Shown here: positions 56,282 to 64,000 of the stretch, one piece after another
How the letters are laid out: the number at the start of each line of letters is the position of its first letter
How positions within the stretch are numbered: position 1 is the first letter of the stretch
Origin: Alphaproteobacteria bacterium
GTDB taxonomy: Bacteria; Pseudomonadota; Alphaproteobacteria; TMED109
Assembly: GCA_022819905.1 (NCBI GenBank)
Contig: JAJEGJ010000052.1
Span: 23,272-87,271, forward strand
Direction of reading: 5' to 3'
DNA length: 64,000 bases
The notes under the pieces: model-generated
Told to the model about the DNA's origin: nothing
Database searches by the model: none
Seen by the model: the letters and a program-made list of their open reading frames with translations, nothing else
Program-made: the position numbers and the translations under genes

Positions 56282-57277
56282 TCAGTGGGCGGTCGGGCGC
56301 AGTTCGGCCCAGGTGGCGCGCATCCATTCCACACAGGCGATGGCCTGCTCGAACAGCGAGTACTGACATCCCTCGCCGTAGTCCAGGTTGGGAATGAACT
56401 CGGTCGAAATCTGGCCAAGCGTCGCCGCGTCGTCGGCCGCGTGGTGCCGCAGCAGGGCCCGGATGACTTCCTTCCAGGGCTCCAGGGCAGCTTCCCGCCA
56501 TTCGGCGTGATATTCGCCCGGTGCCGGCTGCTTGAACGGGTACTGGATGCCCCGGCCGGGGTTCCCGTCCTCATCGACCGCGGCGAGATTCTTCGGATTG
56601 TTGGGAACCGCGGCACGGGCATGGCAGTGACGCACCCAGCCGAAATCGATCCAGCGCTGGCAGACGTTCCCCGGCACGTACGGATCCAGCACGATTTCAC
56701 CGGCGGCCACCGCCTCACGGATGCCGCCGACATCCTGTTCCTCGGGGTTGTCGATCTTGAAGATCACGTGGCTGTGGTCGAGCGTCATGTTGAACGGCAC
56801 GCCCCGCGACTCGACCGATCGCCCCACGGACTCCACGCGACGGAAGTCCTCCGACCACATGTTGACGTGAACCTCGAAACAGGGCGTGACGCCAGTCCGG
56901 TCTCCTGCCTCGGCAGCCCGCAAGCAGGCGCTGACCACTTCGTCGTCCGTCACCTCGTGCCCGTCGGCATGATTCGCCAGGAACTGCACGTTGTGCACCA
57001 GCGAGCCCAGTTCCCGACCGACCTCCAGATTGTGGACGAGCAGATCCTCATCGCGGCCCAACGTGTAGAACCAACCGCCGGCCCGCACCGGAATCCCGTA
57101 CCGGTCTCTCGCCGCCAGGAACTCCCTCACCTCGCCCGGCGCCGGGGTCTTGTCAACGTAGTCGAACACGCCGGCGTCCCGGACCATCCGGAACCGGGTA
57201 TCGATCTCCGGCATCGGATCGGCATGCGTGTGTTTGATTCCGTTGGTCTGGATGCCAAACAGCAGGTCCGTTGCCAT
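56282..57277 (-). CDS. Xylose isomerase-like TIM-barrel protein (sugar phosphate isomerase/epimerase family)
   Basis: The ATG at 57277 is preceded by GGGGAGGG and gives 331 aa. The overall pattern is that of the AP-endonuclease-2 / xylose-isomerase-like barrel (CFEVHVNMW, LDHSH). The assignment is less certain than for its neighbours. Confidence 0.6.
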   Translation of the reverse strand: MATDLLFGIQTNGIKHTHADPMPEIDTRFRMVRDAGVFDYVDKTPAPGEVREFLAARDRYGIPVRAGGWFYTLGRDEDLLVHNLEVGRELGSLVHNVQFLANHADGHEVTDDEVVSACLRAAEAGDRTGVTPCFEVHVNMWSEDFRRVESVGRSVESRGVPFNMTLDHSHVIFKIDNPEEQDVGGIREAVAAGEIVLDPYVPGNVCQRWIDFGWVRHCHARAAVPNNPKNLAAVDEDGNPGRGIQYPFKQPAPGEYHAEWREAALEPWKEVIRALLRHHAADDAATLGQISTEFIPNLDYGEGCQYSLFEQAIACVEWMRATWAELRPTAH

Positions 57278-57525
57278 GGCCTGACCCTCCCCGTTCGCCA
57301 CCTGAATGTCCGTCGTGGGGCGGCAGGTGCCGGGTAGCGGGTCCAAGCATACTGGCACCGCGGCCATGGCGTGGCTGAGCCTCCAGTCACAGTACCCAAG
57401 GAACAAAGCATCCCAAGCGGGCCGATGAACGACTATGGTTCGGGACGGCGGCGGACCGTTGACGCGCTCCTCCGTGCCACCCCCTCGCGGGTTTCAGACC
57501 GGCGTCCGTGACTGCACCGGGAGTC

Positions 57526-59775
57526 ATGTCCATGCGGGAACTTCGTTTCGTCTACGCAGTTCTGCTCGCAGCCTCGGCCCTGAGCACGTTGCCTGGCGGT
57601 GTTCGCGCCGACGATTCCACGCCGACGAAGCTCCAGGGATACGCCGAGGGCGAGGCCTATCCCGTGCCCTTAGAGGCCTTTACCCCGGGGCTGGGCGCGG
57701 ACTGGCTGTCAGTTGAGCTGGTGCAGGAACTCTTCACGGACGCCGATACCGTCGAGCCGTTGGAAAGTGAGCCGCCCGTGGCTCCCGTATTGGCCGGCGG
57801 CGTCCTGCAGGGGTACGTGTTTGTAACCCGGGACATCACGGAATCACTCGGGTTTTCGTCGCTCGAGTTCCTGATCGCCGTCGGCCTGCGGCTCGACGGG
57901 ACACTCGCCGGGGCCCGGGTGGTCGCACACCGCGAACCGATCATCGACCTCATCATGCTGCAGGACCTGGTGCCCCGGTTCGCGCGCCAGTACGTCGACG
58001 TCGACATTCGGGCGCCGCTACGGGTCCAGCTGACCCAGTCCAGTGAGCCCGGCTCCATCGACGGTATCTCTTCGGCGACGATCAGCGCCGTACTGTTCAA
58101 CGAGGCGATCCTCCGAGCCGCCCGGATTGTTGCCCGGGCCAAGGGCATCCGCCTGCACGATCAGCCGGTTCTCGACATCGTGACGTTCAACCCCATGCGT
58201 TTCGACGCGTTGGTTGACCAGGACACGATCGGGCGGCTCCGGATTTCGAAGGACGCGGCCGCAGCGGCTGGTGTCGCGGAGCCCGATCTGTCCGCCAGCG
58301 GCATGGGTGCGGCCGATCTCTACGTCTATGCCAACGAACGCGCGAGCCGCGCCGCCACCCCGCCGTTCCCGGAGGACCTGCTGCTGGACATCTACGCGGG
58401 CCCGGCCTTGACGCCGACGGTTGGCCGGAACCTGCTCGGGAACACGTGGCACGACCTTTTCGTCAGCGGGCGCAACCCGAACGATCTCATGCTTTGCATC
58501 ATGACGATCGGTCCGTACTCCGTCGATGGCGAACGGCATCTGTCGAGCGGTCCGTTTCGCCGCCTGCGCCTGCTGCAGGAAGGCCAGACCTTCGAGCTCA
58601 GCAAGGACCGCTATCGCTATCTCGGGTTCCTCCACGGAACGGACAAGCCGGACTTCGGCGAGATCGGGCTCTACTGGATCCCGGCCGAGACCGGTATCGA
58701 CCCGGTCAAACCCTGGACGCTGGAAGTGCTGGTGGAGGATCAGGCGGGAACCAACGGGGCCTGGTTCGGGCTGAATTACATGCTGGACGACCAGTTTGTG
58801 CTTCTGCCGACCAATACCGAAGTGCTCGCGGCTGATCACGACGCGCCGGTCTGGGTAGCCGCATGGGACGCCCAGCGCGTCAACATCGCCATTCTCGTGA
58901 CGTCTCTGGTGATCCTGAGTGGCATCCTGGCAGTGCATGGCCGGTTGTCCCGGAGGCCAGTCCTGCTGCAGTGGGTCCGGCTCGGGTTCCTCGGCTTCGT
59001 GCTGGTCTGGATGGGCTGGTACGCAGGTGCCCAGGTCACCATTCTGAACATCCTGACATGGCTGCAGTCGGCGGTTTCCCAGACCGGGCTCGCCGTCCTG
59101 CTGTCGGATCCCCTGATCGTGCTTCTCGCGGTGTTCGTCCTGGTCACGTTCTTCCTGTTTGGCCGCGGAATCTACTGCGGCTGGCTCTGTCCTTTCGGCG
59201 CGCTCCAGGAACTGCTCGGCAAGGCGGCACAGGCGCTGCGAATCCGGCAGTTCGTGCCGAGCTATCGGGCGCATCAGTGGCTTTGGCCGGTGAAATACGT
59301 GGTCCTGGCCGTCCTGGTCGCACTGTCATTCCACGACATGGACCTGGCGGGCATCGCCTCGGAAGTCGAACCCTTCAAGACCGCCATTTCACTGCGGTTT
59401 GACCGGGCATGGCCGTTCGTCCTCTATGCCGGCGGGCTGCTGGTGGCAGGAGTGTTCATCGAGCGTTTCTTCTGCCGGTTTCTTTGCCCACTCGGCGCGG
59501 CACTGGCCATCGGCGGCAAGTTGCGAATCCGCAATCCCCTGAAGCGCCGCGACGAGTGTGGCTCCCCGTGCCAGCTGTGCGCGCGACGGTGCCCGATCAA
59601 CGCGATCGCACCCAACGGCTCGATCCGCATGGACGAGTGCTTCTACTGCCTTGACTGCCAGGTGATCTACCACGACGAGCACGTGTGCCCGCCACTGGTC
59701 CGGGCACGGCGTCGACAGGTCGCGCCGGACATGACGGTCGGCGCCACGCCAGCGGTGGCAGCCGTCAAGGACTGA
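57526..59775 (+). CDS. NosR/NirI-family membrane flavo-iron-sulfur protein
   Basis: Signal peptide, then a periplasmic FMN-bind motif (DGISSATISA) and about 6 TM helices with two CX3CP motifs (CGWLCPFG, CRFLCPLG). Two C-terminal ferredoxin-type clusters follow (CGSPCQLCARRCP, CFYCLDCQVIYHDEHVCP). The start is taken as ATG 57526. The track GTG is at 57508. Confidence 0.85.
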   Translation: MSMRELRFVYAVLLAASALSTLPGGVRADDSTPTKLQGYAEGEAYPVPLEAFTPGLGADWLSVELVQELFTDADTVEPLESEPPVAPVLAGGVLQGYVFVTRDITESLGFSSLEFLIAVGLRLDGTLAGARVVAHREPIIDLIMLQDLVPRFARQYVDVDIRAPLRVQLTQSSEPGSIDGISSATISAVLFNEAILRAARIVARAKGIRLHDQPVLDIVTFNPMRFDALVDQDTIGRLRISKDAAAAAGVAEPDLSASGMGAADLYVYANERASRAATPPFPEDLLLDIYAGPALTPTVGRNLLGNTWHDLFVSGRNPNDLMLCIMTIGPYSVDGERHLSSGPFRRLRLLQEGQTFELSKDRYRYLGFLHGTDKPDFGEIGLYWIPAETGIDPVKPWTLEVLVEDQAGTNGAWFGLNYMLDDQFVLLPTNTEVLAADHDAPVWVAAWDAQRVNIAILVTSLVILSGILAVHGRLSRRPVLLQWVRLGFLGFVLVWMGWYAGAQVTILNILTWLQSAVSQTGLAVLLSDPLIVLLAVFVLVTFFLFGRGIYCGWLCPFGALQELLGKAAQALRIRQFVPSYRAHQWLWPVKYVVLAVLVALSFHDMDLAGIASEVEPFKTAISLRFDRAWPFVLYAGGLLVAGVFIERFFCRFLCPLGAALAIGGKLRIRNPLKRRDECGSPCQLCARRCPINAIAPNGSIRMDECFYCLDCQVIYHDEHVCPPLVRARRRQVAPDMTVGATPAVAAVKD

Positions 59776-60061
59776 AGCCGGCCGCACCCTTGCCGGCGGC
59801 GTGCTGGATTTCGCGCTCGTGTTGGCGGGCCAGCTCCGGCTCTAGTCGAGGCCTCCGGCAGCCCCCTAAGACTGCGCCCGACGCCCCGCCACCGAGACGG
59901 CGAGCCGGACCCACGCCGCCGCCCGAAGACGCCGGCCGGGCGCTTCGCTTCCGGGATTTCCGAGCTTGCGCACGCCGGCGCATCTGACCTACCTTCCCAC
60001 ACCAGCGTCCGGACGGCCCAGGTTGCGGCGGAATCGGTGCCGGCGCTGGCGGGAGGACGCC

Positions 60062-60859
60062 GTGGCAGGACTTTCAGATGGGCAGGTGGAAGCCTACCGG
60101 CGCGACGGCCACGTCACCGCCGACTGGCGCTTGCCCGCCGAGACCATCGAAGCGATGCGCAGGGCGCTCGACAGGCTTGTCGACGCCAACGGCCACATGA
60201 CCAGCGACAACATGTTTTGCCCGCACCTCCGGAAGGCGGGCACGCAGGGACTCGAAGGCGACGACGCCTGGCTGGAATTCGCCCGCATTCCCGAGGTGCT
60301 CGACATGGTGGAGCAGCTGATCGGGCCCGACTTTCTGCTCTGGGGCTCCACGGTGTTCGGGAAACCCGCGAGCGTGGGCAAGGAAACGCCCTGGCACCAA
60401 GACGGGGAGTACTGGCCCATTCGCCCGCTTGCCAGCTGTTCGGCCTGGATCGCAATCGACGACGCCTCGCCGGAAAACGGCTGCCTGCGCGTGCTTCCGG
60501 GCACCCATCGCGGCCGCCAGATCCTCCAGCATCACCGGCGCAAGGGCGAGGACATCACCCTGAACGAGGAGTTGTGCGATCCGTCGGTCGACTACACGAC
60601 CGCGCGCGACATTGTCCTCGAGGCCGGCCAGATCTCCTTTCACGATGTCTTCCTGGCGCACGGCAGCGCGCCGAACCGGTCGGGCCGGCGGCGGGCCGGA
60701 TTCGTCTGCCGCTACATGCCGACGACGTCGGTGTGGGACCGTGAACTCGGCAAGATCCTGGAAGAGCGATCGGGCGCCGTCCAGTTCGCGAAGCGGGACC
60801 TGTACCAGGTGCGCGGTCGCGACGTCTCCGGGCAGAACACGGTCGCGACCGATCGCTGA
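60062..60859 (+). CDS. Phytanoyl-CoA dioxygenase (PhyH) family Fe(II)/2-oxoglutarate oxygenase
   Basis: The GTG at 60062 is preceded by GGGAGG 5 nt upstream. LSDGQVEAYRRDGHV is a typical N-terminus. The WHQDGEYW and LPGTHRG motifs provide the His/Asp...His facial triad context. Confidence 0.8.
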   Translation: MAGLSDGQVEAYRRDGHVTADWRLPAETIEAMRRALDRLVDANGHMTSDNMFCPHLRKAGTQGLEGDDAWLEFARIPEVLDMVEQLIGPDFLLWGSTVFGKPASVGKETPWHQDGEYWPIRPLASCSAWIAIDDASPENGCLRVLPGTHRGRQILQHHRRKGEDITLNEELCDPSVDYTTARDIVLEAGQISFHDVFLAHGSAPNRSGRRRAGFVCRYMPTTSVWDRELGKILEERSGAVQFAKRDLYQVRGRDVSGQNTVATDR

Positions 60860-60865
60860 TACGGA

Positions 60866-61957
60866 CTAGAGGTAGCCGAGATCCCGCCAGAGCTTGTACC
60901 GCTCCCGGAACGTCGTTAGCGACTCCCAGACGCGCGCGAAGTCCGCATTCGCCGCGGCCTCCGCTGCCACGACTTCCTCCCAGGCGGAGCGGAACGTCGC
61001 CAGCATGTCTTCCGGCCACGTGTGGATCGTCACGCCCTTGCGCTGCAGTTCCTCGAGCGCTGCAATCTGGATGGTTTCGCCTTCCGCGATCGAGTGCCGG
61101 AAATTGTCCCCGCAGACCGTTTCGATCTGCGTCTGCCGGAGCGGTGAAATGCTGTTCCAGCGATCCATGTTGATCATCAGCTCGAAGTTCGTGGACTGCT
61201 GATGCCAGCCGGGGAAGTAGTAGTGCTTGGCCACCTGGTAGAAACCGAGGTTCAAGTCGATCGCCGGCATTGAGAATTCGGTCGCGTCGATGGTTCCCAA
61301 TTCAAGGGCCGGAAAGATGTCGCCGCCCGCCAGCAGCTGCGTGGAGGCGCCGACCCGGTCCATCACCTTCGCGCCCAGGCCGAAGAACCGCATCTTCAGG
61401 CCCTGCAGGTCGCCCACGCTTTCGATCGGCTGCCGGAACCAGCCGGACGCCTCCGGCGGGATCACGCCGCACAGGATGCCGCGGATGTTGTGCCGGGCGT
61501 AGATCTCCTCGAACATCTCCTTGCCGCCGCCGAAGTAGAACCAGGCCATGTACTCGTTGGCCGGCGGCCCGAACGGAACCGCCGCAAAGAGCTGTAACGC
61601 AGGCACCTTCCCGGCCCAGTAACCCGGCGTCGACCAGCCGGCGTCGAGCCCGCCGCTGGACACCGCGTCGAAGATCTCAAGTGCCGGCACCAGGGCGCCG
61701 GGATCGAAGAACTTGATCTGCACGGCACCGTCCGAGACGGCTTCGACCTGGTCCTGAACCCGAATACCGAGTGATCCCAGCTGCGTGAGCGATCCGGCGA
61801 ACGTGCTCGCCATCTTCCAGCGCACGGTGTCCTCGACGACCGGTGCCGGCGCGGCTTCCTCCGTCTGGGAAACCGGTTCACCGTCGCGGCCCGCGAAGTA
61901 CATGATCAATACGCCGACGGCGATCCCCGCCAAGCCAAATAGGACTGCATTCCGCAT
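60866..61957 (-). CDS. TRAP transporter substrate-binding protein (DctP-type, COG4663-like)
   Basis: 363-aa ORF with AGGAGG 6 nt upstream and a TM/signal anchor. WKMASTF......LG.....V..VS.G...IKFF.PGALVP..E.FDAVS.G.LDAGWS.P.YW.GK is typical of this solute-binding-protein family. Confidence 0.82.
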   Translation of the reverse strand: MRNAVLFGLAGIAVGVLIMYFAGRDGEPVSQTEEAAPAPVVEDTVRWKMASTFAGSLTQLGSLGIRVQDQVEAVSDGAVQIKFFDPGALVPALEIFDAVSSGGLDAGWSTPGYWAGKVPALQLFAAVPFGPPANEYMAWFYFGGGKEMFEEIYARHNIRGILCGVIPPEASGWFRQPIESVGDLQGLKMRFFGLGAKVMDRVGASTQLLAGGDIFPALELGTIDATEFSMPAIDLNLGFYQVAKHYYFPGWHQQSTNFELMINMDRWNSISPLRQTQIETVCGDNFRHSIAEGETIQIAALEELQRKGVTIHTWPEDMLATFRSAWEEVVAAEAAANADFARVWESLTTFRERYKLWRDLGYL

Positions 61958-62190
61958 GTGCGGACCTCCTGAAACAACTCGCTGGGAAACGCCGTACCGA
62001 AGTCAAAGGCGGACCGCACCATTCCAATTTGTTGTCGGAATTGCAACGGCCGCCGGCCAGCCAGCGGCAATGACGCAGCTGCCGACCCGGGGGCGCATGC
62101 CGATAGCGGACGGCGGCTCGGCCTGACGGCGGCGGCGTGCATCAACAGGCGCCGGTGGCGCCAGGGCCGGAGAGGCGGGCCGGGCCCGAA

Positions 62191-62889
62191 CTACGTGTTG
62201 TCGACGTCCAGCGCGTAGCCGGTGGCCCACACCGTCCGAATCAGGTCCGGGCCGCCGCCTTCGTTGAGGGCCTTTCGCAGCCGCCGGACGTGCACGTCGA
62301 CGGTGCGCTCCTCGACATAGATGTTCTCGCCCCACACCGAGTCGAGCAATTGCTGGCGCGTGAACACGCGCTCCGGAGCCTCGATCAGCTTGCGCAGCAA
62401 GCGGAATTCGGTCGGCCCCAGGTGAACCCGCCGGCCGGCCCGACTGACTCGATGGGTCACCGGGCTCAATTCGAGATCGTGGTAGAAGTACGATTCCTCG
62501 TGCTCGTCGGAGGCATGGCGGCTGCGCCGCAGGAGTGCGCGCACCCGCGCCAGCAGCTCCGCCGTCGAAAACGGCTTCACCATGTAGTCGTCCGCGCCGC
62601 CGGAGAACCCCTGCAGCATGTCCTTCTCCGTCTTGCGGGCGGTGAGGATCAGGATCGGGAGCTTGCTGGTTGACGGCTCGCGCCGAACCGCGCGGCAGAT
62701 GTCCACGCCCGACACGGTGGGCAGCATCCAGTCGATCACCGCGAGGTCAGGCAGGTTCCTGCGAAGCATGTCGAGCGCCTGGGCGCCGTCGTCCGCTTCG
62801 TCGACTTCCAGGCCGCCGGCCACCAGGTTGTAACGGATCAGGTCACGAATCTCGTCGTCGTCCTCGACGACCAGAACGCGGTGGGTCAT
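62191..62889 (-). CDS. phoB: Phosphate regulon response regulator
   Basis: 232-aa ORF. Receiver domain (VLVVEDD, DLAVIDWMLP, LTAR) plus an OmpR/PhoB winged helix (LGPTEFRLL, RTVDVHVRRLRKAL). It overlaps the phoU stop by 4 nt. Confidence 0.92.
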   Translation of the reverse strand: MTHRVLVVEDDDEIRDLIRYNLVAGGLEVDEADDGAQALDMLRRNLPDLAVIDWMLPTVSGVDICRAVRREPSTSKLPILILTARKTEKDMLQGFSGGADDYMVKPFSTAELLARVRALLRRSRHASDEHEESYFYHDLELSPVTHRVSRAGRRVHLGPTEFRLLRKLIEAPERVFTRQQLLDSVWGENIYVEERTVDVHVRRLRKALNEGGGPDLIRTVWATGYALDVDNT

Positions 62890-63608
62890 GTCGGATCGTC
62901 AGGTGACGGCGCGCCCTCCATGAGGAAACCCCGCCCCCGGGGACGGTCCTCCGACGCCCGGGTCCCGGTCGTCACGTAGTCCACGAGCTCGGCAATGTTG
63001 GTCGCGTGGTCCGCGATGCGTTCGAGATTCTTGGCCACGAACAGCAGGTGGACGCCCGGCGTGATGCGGTGCGGGTCCTCCAGCATGTGGGTCAGGAGTT
63101 CCCGGCACAGGGCGACGTACATGTCGTCGAGCTCCCGGTCGCGATGCCGGATCGACTTCGCCTGGTCGACGTTACGGTCGCGGTAGGCATCGAGCGCATC
63201 CTTGAGCATCGTGTGCGAGGCGTCTCCCAGTTTCGGTAGCGCATAGAGCCCGGGCACCTCCCTCGTCTCGCAGAGGACGATGGATCGTCGCGCCATGCTG
63301 GCTGCGAGGTCCCCGGCACGTTCCAGATAGCCCGCGATCTGGATCGCCGAGATCGTCATGCGGAGATCCTGTGCGACCGGCTGGCGGAGCGCAAACAGCC
63401 GTTCGACCTGGTCCTGGATGTCTTGCTCGTAGCGGTCGATCTCTGAATCCTGCTCGATGATCCGCGGGGCCGACTCGCTGTCGCGCTGAGCGACCGCCGT
63501 GACGGCGCGCGCAATCTGGGCCTCCACCAAGCCGCCCATCTCGAGCAGGCTGCGCTCGATCTTGTCGAGATCCTCGGTGAAGGCTTTGACCGTATGTTCG
63601 GCAGGCAT
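62886..63608 (-). CDS. phoU: Phosphate signalling complex protein PhoU
   Basis: 240-aa ORF. It has two PhoU repeats with E(R)xGD motifs (YLERAGDLA, NLERIADHATNIAE). Confidence 0.92.
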   Translation of the reverse strand: MPAEHTVKAFTEDLDKIERSLLEMGGLVEAQIARAVTAVAQRDSESAPRIIEQDSEIDRYEQDIQDQVERLFALRQPVAQDLRMTISAIQIAGYLERAGDLAASMARRSIVLCETREVPGLYALPKLGDASHTMLKDALDAYRDRNVDQAKSIRHRDRELDDMYVALCRELLTHMLEDPHRITPGVHLLFVAKNLERIADHATNIAELVDYVTTGTRASEDRPRGRGFLMEGAPSPDDPT

Positions 63609-63623
63609 GCGTGGCTCCTGAGG

Positions 63624-64000
63624 CTATCCGAAGCGACCCGTGATGTAGTCCTGGGTCGACGGTTCGGAAGGATTGGTGAAGATTTTTTGCGTCTCGTCGA
63701 ACTCGATCAACCGGCCCAAATTCAGGAAGGCGGTCCTTTGCGAAACGCGGGCTGCCTGTTGCATGTTGTGGGTCACGATGATGATCGTGTACTCGGACTT
63801 GAGTTCGTCGATCAGCTCCTCGATCGTCGCGGTGGCGATCGGATCAAGCGCCGAACACGGCTCATCCATCAGCAGCACGTCAGGACGTATGGCGATCGCC
63901 CGGGCGATGCAAAGGCGCTGCTGCTGACCGCCCGACAGGCTGGTCCCGGGCTGGTCGATCCGGTCCTTGACCTCGTCCCAGATCCCGGCCCGCCGCAGGC
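63624..64000 (-). CDS. pstB: Phosphate ABC transporter ATP-binding protein, C-terminal part (5' end outside window)
   Basis: The frame is open to the window edge. [27 protein letters not shown] and the C-terminal [10 protein letters not shown] are PstB signatures. Confidence 0.9.
   Translation of the reverse strand, partial: LRRAGIWDEVKDRIDQPGTSLSGGQQQRLCIARAIAIRPDVLLMDEPCSALDPIATATIEELIDELKSEYTIIIVTHNMQQAARVSQRTAFLNLGRLIEFDETQKIFTNPSEPSTQDYITGRFG

Noticed and set aside
54596-57337. 913-aa plus-strand ORF running antisense across three minus-strand genes (Fe-ADH, enolase-superfamily, TIM barrel) and their short spacers
   Set aside because: The translation is Arg/Gly/Val/Pro/Asp-rich with no domain pattern, signal or plausible RBS. 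All three minus-strand genes have family motifs and good RBSs. Long stop-free antisense frames are expected in high-GC genomes because sense codons avoid TTA, CTA and TCA. The length is striking but is best explained as compositional.
61958-62190. Looked for a Pho box between phoB and the TRAP binding-protein gene
   Set aside because: Only weak 4-5 bp inverted repeats (CAATT...AATTG) were found. There is no tandem TGTCA-type direct repeat with about 11-bp phasing, so no regulatory site is claimed.

Overview
High-GC (about two-thirds G+C by eye) chromosomal segment with alphaproteobacterial (Rhodospirillales-like) gene content and synteny. It is densely packed with about 57 protein genes and one tRNA-Glu(CUC). 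I found no rRNA, CRISPR array, transposase, phage gene or recognisable defence gene. Most of the window is core housekeeping: hisA-hisF-hisI-hisE-HIT, gshB, hemW-rdgB-rph, rsmB, envelope genes (PBP1A, lnt, amiC, an LpoA-like lipoprotein, a BON lipoprotein), rne, rpmB, cobS/cobT, bolA, aroK-aroB, xerD, accA, tolC, NfeD/SPFH and phoU-phoB-pstB. No single obvious novel system is visible. The most interesting second-look candidates are: (1) a tight six-gene operon, MFS - SDR - lambda-crystallin-like dehydrogenase - BKACE - Zn-ADH - class II aldolase, with unknown substrate; (2) a complete NosR/NirI-type flavo-FeS membrane protein with no nos or nir partners, lying divergent from an enolase-superfamily / TIM-barrel / Fe-ADH triad; (3) a J-domain - CobS - CobT (AAA+/vWA) module with no cobN and no room for a riboswitch; (4) RsmB carrying an Arg/Gly/Pro-rich N-terminal extension of about 260 aa, plus an RNase E tail with repeated DPFG motifs; (5) a small TM protein plus a 644-aa secreted helical protein of unknown function upstream of xerD. 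Many very long antisense ORFs in the track, up to 913 aa, are judged to be high-GC artefacts. All functional calls come from reading the translated ORFs by eye. No database search was run.
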